64,000 nt of DNA from an uncultured bacterium (GTDB lineage Bacteria; Verrucomicrobiota; Verrucomicrobiia; Verrucomicrobiales; DEV007): contig CAXBMO010000020.1 of the NCBI GenBank assembly GCA_963977015.1, positions 1-64,000 of the forward strand, given 5' to 3'. Of this stretch, positions 59,354 to 64,000 are shown one piece after another. The stretch's first letter is position 1. Each line of letters opens with the position of its first letter. Below the pieces are notes generated by a model. It was not told the origin of the DNA and searched no databases. It saw only the letters and a list, made by a program, of their open reading frames with translations. The translations under genes and the position numbers were made by a program.

Positions 59354-60742
59354 TTAATCGCGACGTGACCGCACCTGGAAATCGATCGGCAGCCCCGAAA
59401 GATCGAGCGCATCGCGCAGGGTGTTCTCGAGATAACGTTCGTAGGTTCGCGTGAGCAATTCCGCGTGGTTCACGAACAGAAGGAAACTCGGTGGAGAGAT
59501 GGCACGGGGGCGGTCGCTCCGTTTCGTGGTCGCATAAAGCAGATTGAGCCTGCGATTTTTGCGAACCGGAGCCGGATTTTTCTCGATCGCGTTTTTGAGC
59601 GTCCGGTTCAGTTCGCCGGTTCCGATGTGAGCCGACGAAGCGCGGCAAACCTGTTCGATCCCCCCGAAAATCTTGTTGAGGTATTGGCCTTTCTTCGCTG
59701 AAACAAACACGAGTGGCGCGTAATGGAGGAAAAACAATTCGGTCTCGACATGCTCCCGAAGTTCCTCGAGTCGCGCACTCTTGCTCCCGTCCGGATGATA
59801 GAGATCAAACTTGTTGAGAATGACGATACAGGGCTTGTGGTCTTCCAGGATCTTGCGGGCGATCTTGCGATCCATCGCCGTGACGCCGGTCGAAGCGTCG
59901 ATCACGAGGAGACATAAGTCGGCGCGCCGAATGCTACGTTCACTGCGCATCACACTGAAAATCTCGACCGAACTATCCTGCTTGGTGCGTCGGCGAATTC
60001 CGGCGGTGTCGATCAAGTTATAGTGGGTTCCGCCACGCTCGTAGGGGATATCGACCGAATCGCGTGTCGTTCCCGCGACGTCACTGACGATGGTCCGCTC
60101 GTCATTGAGAATCGCATTGATCAAACTGGATTTGCCGACGTTCGGGCGACCGACCATGGCAATGGATACCGGCGGGATCTCCTCATCTTTTTCCTCGGAA
60201 TCCTCAACAGTTTCCGGCTTCCCAAATTGCTCGATCAGCTGCTGACCCAGATGCCGAATCAGCCCGTCCATGTTGCGACCGTGCTCCGCACTCACCGCGA
60301 ACGGTTGGTCGAAACCGAGCCCGGCAAAATCCGTCACCGCGTTTTCGTGCTTCCGGTCATCGACCTTGTTGACGGCGAGCACGACCTCCACATGTGCCTT
60401 GCGAAGCACCTTCGCCAAATCGGAATCGACCGGGTGAATCCCGCTTTGGCCGTCGACGACGAAGAGAATCAAGTCGGCCGAATGAATCGCAATATCCGCC
60501 TCGGCGCGAACCTGCTCGCCAAATCCATCATCCAAAATCGCGCCAATTCCGCCGGTATCGATGACCTCGAACGGAATGGGTGACTTGGTGCACTCCGCGG
60601 TAATGCGATCGCGAGTCACGCCCGGCTGATCGTGAACGATGGCGATGCGTCTCCCGGCAAGCCGATTAAAAATCGCCGATTTGCCGACATTGGGACGGCC
60701 GACGATGGCGACGATGGGCTTTTTGATTTGGGAAGCAGACAT
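59354..60742 (-). CDS. der: Ribosome biogenesis GTPase Der (EngA)
   Basis: Two G domains (GRPNVGKS x2, DTGG/DTAG, NKVD/NKFD) and KH-like C-terminus. Confidence 0.97.
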   Translation of the reverse strand: MSASQIKKPIVAIVGRPNVGKSAIFNRLAGRRIAIVHDQPGVTRDRITAECTKSPIPFEVIDTGGIGAILDDGFGEQVRAEADIAIHSADLILFVVDGQSGIHPVDSDLAKVLRKAHVEVVLAVNKVDDRKHENAVTDFAGLGFDQPFAVSAEHGRNMDGLIRHLGQQLIEQFGKPETVEDSEEKDEEIPPVSIAMVGRPNVGKSSLINAILNDERTIVSDVAGTTRDSVDIPYERGGTHYNLIDTAGIRRRTKQDSSVEIFSVMRSERSIRRADLCLLVIDASTGVTAMDRKIARKILEDHKPCIVILNKFDLYHPDGSKSARLEELREHVETELFFLHYAPLVFVSAKKGQYLNKIFGGIEQVCRASSAHIGTGELNRTLKNAIEKNPAPVRKNRRLNLLYATTKRSDRPRAISPPSFLLFVNHAELLTRTYERYLENTLRDALDLSGLPIDFQVRSRRD

Positions 60743-60895
60743 GGCAACGAGAGGAAACCCACACAAACGCGGCATTCGGCAAAATCTCAATCAATCATTC
60801 ATGCGTTCTGAATTCAGCGGGCATTGATTTTGGCCGTTCATCTTGCGCGCGGCGTGAACGCGAGCAGATTTACGATAAACCTCACCGCTCCGAGA

Positions 60896-61375
60896 ATGTC
60901 CAAGAAACCCACCGTTGGCGAACCCGCCCCACCGTTCACCGCGCCAGTCGTTGGTGGCGAATACGGCGATGACGCGACGCTGAGCCTCGCCGATTTGGCC
61001 GGAGAGACCGTTGTGCTCTATTTTTATCCCAGAGACAACACGCCCGGTTGCACGATCCAGGCCTGCGGGCTGCGCGACAATTGGGAGGCGGTCTCGGCCA
61101 AAGCGAAAGTCTTTGGCGTCAGCACGGACAGCATTGAGAGCCACAAAGCCTTCATCGAACGCAAAAAACTCCCGTTCCCCCTCATCAGCGACACCGAAAA
61201 GGTGGTGGTTCGCGCCTACGGAGTCTGGTCGGACAAAAGCCTGCTGGGAAGATTGGGTTTGGGGACCGAACGCGCGACCTTCATCATCGCGCCCGATCAA
61301 ACCATCAAAGCCGCCTTTCCCAAAGTCGGTCCGGTCGGTCACGTTGCGAAAATTCTGGCCGCGATCGAAGCCTAG
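60896..61375 (+). CDS. bcp: Peroxiredoxin BCP/PrxQ
   Basis: VLYFYPRDNTPGCTIQAC. Confidence 0.9.
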   Translation: MSKKPTVGEPAPPFTAPVVGGEYGDDATLSLADLAGETVVLYFYPRDNTPGCTIQACGLRDNWEAVSAKAKVFGVSTDSIESHKAFIERKKLPFPLISDTEKVVVRAYGVWSDKSLLGRLGLGTERATFIIAPDQTIKAAFPKVGPVGHVAKILAAIEA

Positions 61376-61549
61376 CCGGTTTTCCGTGAGTCAATCGGCT
61401 CCTTGTCGTGCTTGCTCAGCGCTGGAAGCAGCGATTCTTTGCTTGCGCCTCGAGGGTTGGGTGCTCTGCTAGGGTAAATAATTTGGCAGTATTGATTGTT
61501 CGATGATGCCAGATTTTCAACCTTCACGGCATCCCTCCAACCAACCTCG

Positions 61550-62842
61550 ATGACACCATCCACCCTTGCCCAGAGCATCGCTCTTTCCATCCTGATGGTT
61601 TGTCTGTCGAGTTGCGCCCAACTCTACAAAATCACCCAACCCCACACGCAGAAGGATCATCCCCTCTCGGAATTGGGGCTTCGCAAGGTCATTGCTGGTC
61701 CCAATGATCGCGGCAGAATCGAAGGAAGCGAATTCAACCTGCAAGCGCCCAATCCTCTCGATAAAGGACGCCCGACTTACCTGATTCTCCAAATCGACGG
61801 CGGCGGAATCATGGGCATCACCCCGGCCAAACTCATCGCGAAGATCGAGGGCGAACTCCAGAAACGTGGCGGTTTCGGTCAAGGCAAGCTGCGCGACGTC
61901 ACGTCCGTCTGCAGCGGAACCAGCACCGGCGCCATCATTGCCGGAGCGATCACCGCCGGCGTTCCCGGAGAGAAGATCAGCCAGTTTTACTACGAAGACG
62001 GCTATCAACTCTTTCGCAAGGAAGGCCGCCAACCTCTCTACCCGGCTCTGCATTACAAATTCGACCGCCGGGCATTCCAGGCCAAGATGCTGGAAACTCT
62101 GGAGGCCTACTCCGACTACCCGCCAACCGTCCGCATGCAGGAACTGCAGAACGGCCCGCTCGTGATTCTCGCCGCCTATGATCTCGTTCAGAAACAAACC
62201 ATTTTTCTCCGCAATCGCGGTCAATTGGGCGCCCCGATTCCTCCCGGCCAGGACCTTCAATTGATCGACGCGATCAGTGCTTCGGCGCTCAATGCTCCGG
62301 TCATGTTTGGCAAGCTCGGCGCTCCGGACGTCGTCACCCCGCATCTCAATGCGGACGGAACCGGTTACCACGTCAAAGGCGCGATCTTTGCCGATGGTGG
62401 TCAGGGGACGCAAAACAGCACGATTGGTCTGGCGGCGATCGAGGGACTCGAAATCCTCAAGGCGCATCCCGGCTCCCAGGTCGTCGTCATCTCCCTCGGC
62501 AGCGGCAACAACTTCGAAGAACGCGATTTCAACCAAACGATGCAACTCTGGGGATTCCAGCAGTTAACCGACTACCTCCTTCGCAATCAGGCGCGGAACG
62601 AAGCGGTTCAATTGCAATGGATGGCCGTTCGCCACATGGCGGCGATCGTCGACGGGTTGGAGGTGTTTCGGTTTGATTGGAACCACACGAACACCAAAGA
62701 CGCCACCTCCTTCTCCGTCACACCGAAGCAGCGCGACTGGCTCAGCGCAAAAGCCGACGAGATCGCGGAACGTCCCGACTTTCGTCAGCTGATGGACGAT
62801 CTCAGCGACGACCGGCTTGTCCTGAAACAGCATCGCTCGTGA
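61550..62842 (+). CDS. Patatin-like phospholipase, lipoprotein
   Basis: Lipobox LSSC; DGGGIMG, GTSTG, FADGG. Confidence 0.88.
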   Translation: MTPSTLAQSIALSILMVCLSSCAQLYKITQPHTQKDHPLSELGLRKVIAGPNDRGRIEGSEFNLQAPNPLDKGRPTYLILQIDGGGIMGITPAKLIAKIEGELQKRGGFGQGKLRDVTSVCSGTSTGAIIAGAITAGVPGEKISQFYYEDGYQLFRKEGRQPLYPALHYKFDRRAFQAKMLETLEAYSDYPPTVRMQELQNGPLVILAAYDLVQKQTIFLRNRGQLGAPIPPGQDLQLIDAISASALNAPVMFGKLGAPDVVTPHLNADGTGYHVKGAIFADGGQGTQNSTIGLAAIEGLEILKAHPGSQVVVISLGSGNNFEERDFNQTMQLWGFQQLTDYLLRNQARNEAVQLQWMAVRHMAAIVDGLEVFRFDWNHTNTKDATSFSVTPKQRDWLSAKADEIAERPDFRQLMDDLSDDRLVLKQHRS

Positions 62843-63254
62843 TCGCTTCGCGGAAAATCCTCCGGAAGTAATCTTCCAGCTTTTGGGCAAAAAATTCCGG
62901 GTCGGAACCAAACACCTCAACCCGGTAAATCGTGCCTGGCTCCTCGAGCTTGGAAAAATACCGATGGCTCAACGAACGGCCGAACTCCAACCACGGTTCC
63001 GCCAATTCGCAGCCTTGCGGCAACAACTCGCACTCGGACAGAGGCAAAACCGGCCGCCATTCGCCCTTCTGCGCCTCCATTCCGTCTGATTGCAGGTAAA
63101 ACGACCGCAGCGAGCGCGGAAGCCGAACCTCGTTGCGAGATTCCCAATCGGACAATGGCTCCTCAGCAAGCGAAGCGAAGAACGTGACGTCCATTTTGGC
63201 CACTTTCGCCGGGGGCAACTCGGTCAATTCAATGAGGAAAGGCTTCCAGTTCAT
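62802..63254 (-). CDS. SMI1/KNR4 family protein
   Basis: WESRNEVRLPRSLRSFYLQSDG; ends FFAQKLEDYF. Confidence 0.75.
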   Translation of the reverse strand: MNWKPFLIELTELPPAKVAKMDVTFFASLAEEPLSDWESRNEVRLPRSLRSFYLQSDGMEAQKGEWRPVLPLSECELLPQGCELAEPWLEFGRSLSHRYFSKLEEPGTIYRVEVFGSDPEFFAQKLEDYFRRIFREAITSDAVSGQAGRR

Positions 63255-63358
63255 CGCGGCAAAAGGTAGTCACCCTATGAGTTTTGCAAACCCGCGGTCG
63301 AAATCGCCGCGTTTCCTGCTTTGCCTCGCCCAAAACCTGGCGAAAGTCTCGACCACTC

Positions 63359-64000
63359 GTGACCCAAACCGACCTCCAACAGCTTTTCGCCGAAATCAAC
63401 CTGACCCCGAGCCGCAAACTCGGCCAGAATTTCCTGATCGACCAGAACGTGTCCGCCTGGATTGCGCGTCAACTGGAGGTCGAGAAGGACGATACCGTGG
63501 TTGAGGTCGGTCCCGGGGCGGGCTCCTTGACGCGAGAGATTCTCGAACGCACCGAGAATCTGGTTCTGGTGGAGATGGATGGGCGGCTCGCCCGGTTTTT
63601 GACTCACCACCTGCGCGAACGTCCCAAGGTCGAAATTCACAATGCCGACGCCTGCCAATTTGATGCTCGAACCCTTTTCCCTCGCCAACCCGTCAAGCTG
63701 ATCGGCAACCTCCCCTACTCCGCCGGCGGCGCCATCGTCAAGAATTTCCTCGGCGCCCATTCGCCCGTCACCGAAGCGGTGCTGATGTTGCAACGCGAAG
63801 TCGCGGAACGGATTTGCGCGAAACCGCGAACCAAGGACTTCGGCGTGCTGACCCTGCGCGTTCAAGCGCGTTGGGTGCCCAAAATCCTCAAGCACATCGG
63901 CCCGGAATGCTTCTTCCCGCGTCCCCAGATTGATTCCACCGTGATGCGGATGACGCCGCGCTCTCCCGGAGATCTTCCGGTCTACGACCAGCGGCTGTTC
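63359..64000 (+). CDS. rsmA: 16S rRNA m6,2A dimethyltransferase RsmA/KsgA (runs off window end)
   Basis: Manual translation from GTG 63359: PSRKLGQNFLID, VVEVGPGAGSLT, IGNLPYS, LMLQREVAERI, FFPRPQIDS; absent from the ORF track because it has no stop in the window. Confidence 0.95.
   Translation, partial: MTQTDLQQLFAEINLTPSRKLGQNFLIDQNVSAWIARQLEVEKDDTVVEVGPGAGSLTREILERTENLVLVEMDGRLARFLTHHLRERPKVEIHNADACQFDARTLFPRQPVKLIGNLPYSAGGAIVKNFLGAHSPVTEAVLMLQREVAERICAKPRTKDFGVLTLRVQARWVPKILKHIGPECFFPRPQIDSTVMRMTPRSPGDLPVYDQRLF

Noticed and set aside
61550-62842. CBASS CapV-type patatin effector
   Set aside because: No CD-NTase nearby, and the protein has a lipoprotein signal
63133-63895. ORFs 63133-63504 (+) and 63275-63895 (-)
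   Set aside because: Wrong frame or strand; the real gene is rsmA from 63359

Overview
Chromosomal window of a GC-rich bacterium of the PVC superphylum, most likely Verrucomicrobia. The inference rests on DUF1592/DUF1552 cassettes, a PVC-type heme-binding dehydrogenase, sulfatases, DUF1080 and a perfect TGTTC-N4-GAACA LexA box. It opens with the 3' end of an rRNA operon (23S, 5S, terminator). Housekeeping genes (recQ, pyk, purB, thiL, der, bcp, partial rsmA, tRNA-Pro) are interleaved with exported carbohydrate/sulfate-processing enzymes and an RND efflux operon. I see no integrase, transposase, prophage or CRISPR array. Most interesting items: (1) a signal-peptide/CxxC/poly-Pro upstream ORF, a structured spacer and a His/Met-rich outer-membrane channel, resembling a CruR/CutF-type metal-sensing ribosome-stalling system; (2) a membrane-spanning protein with a catalytically dead Mrr nuclease domain and duplicated extracytoplasmic domains; (3) a TolC fused to an ABC-type substrate-binding domain; (4) a six-repeat TolC/MFP-tip-like coiled-coil protein; (5) an amidase fused to a lysozyme-like domain; (6) a passenger-less inverse-autotransporter barrel and a half-barrel paralogue; (7) a patatin lipoprotein overlapping an SMI1/KNR4 gene. 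All family assignments come from motifs read by eye; no database search was run.
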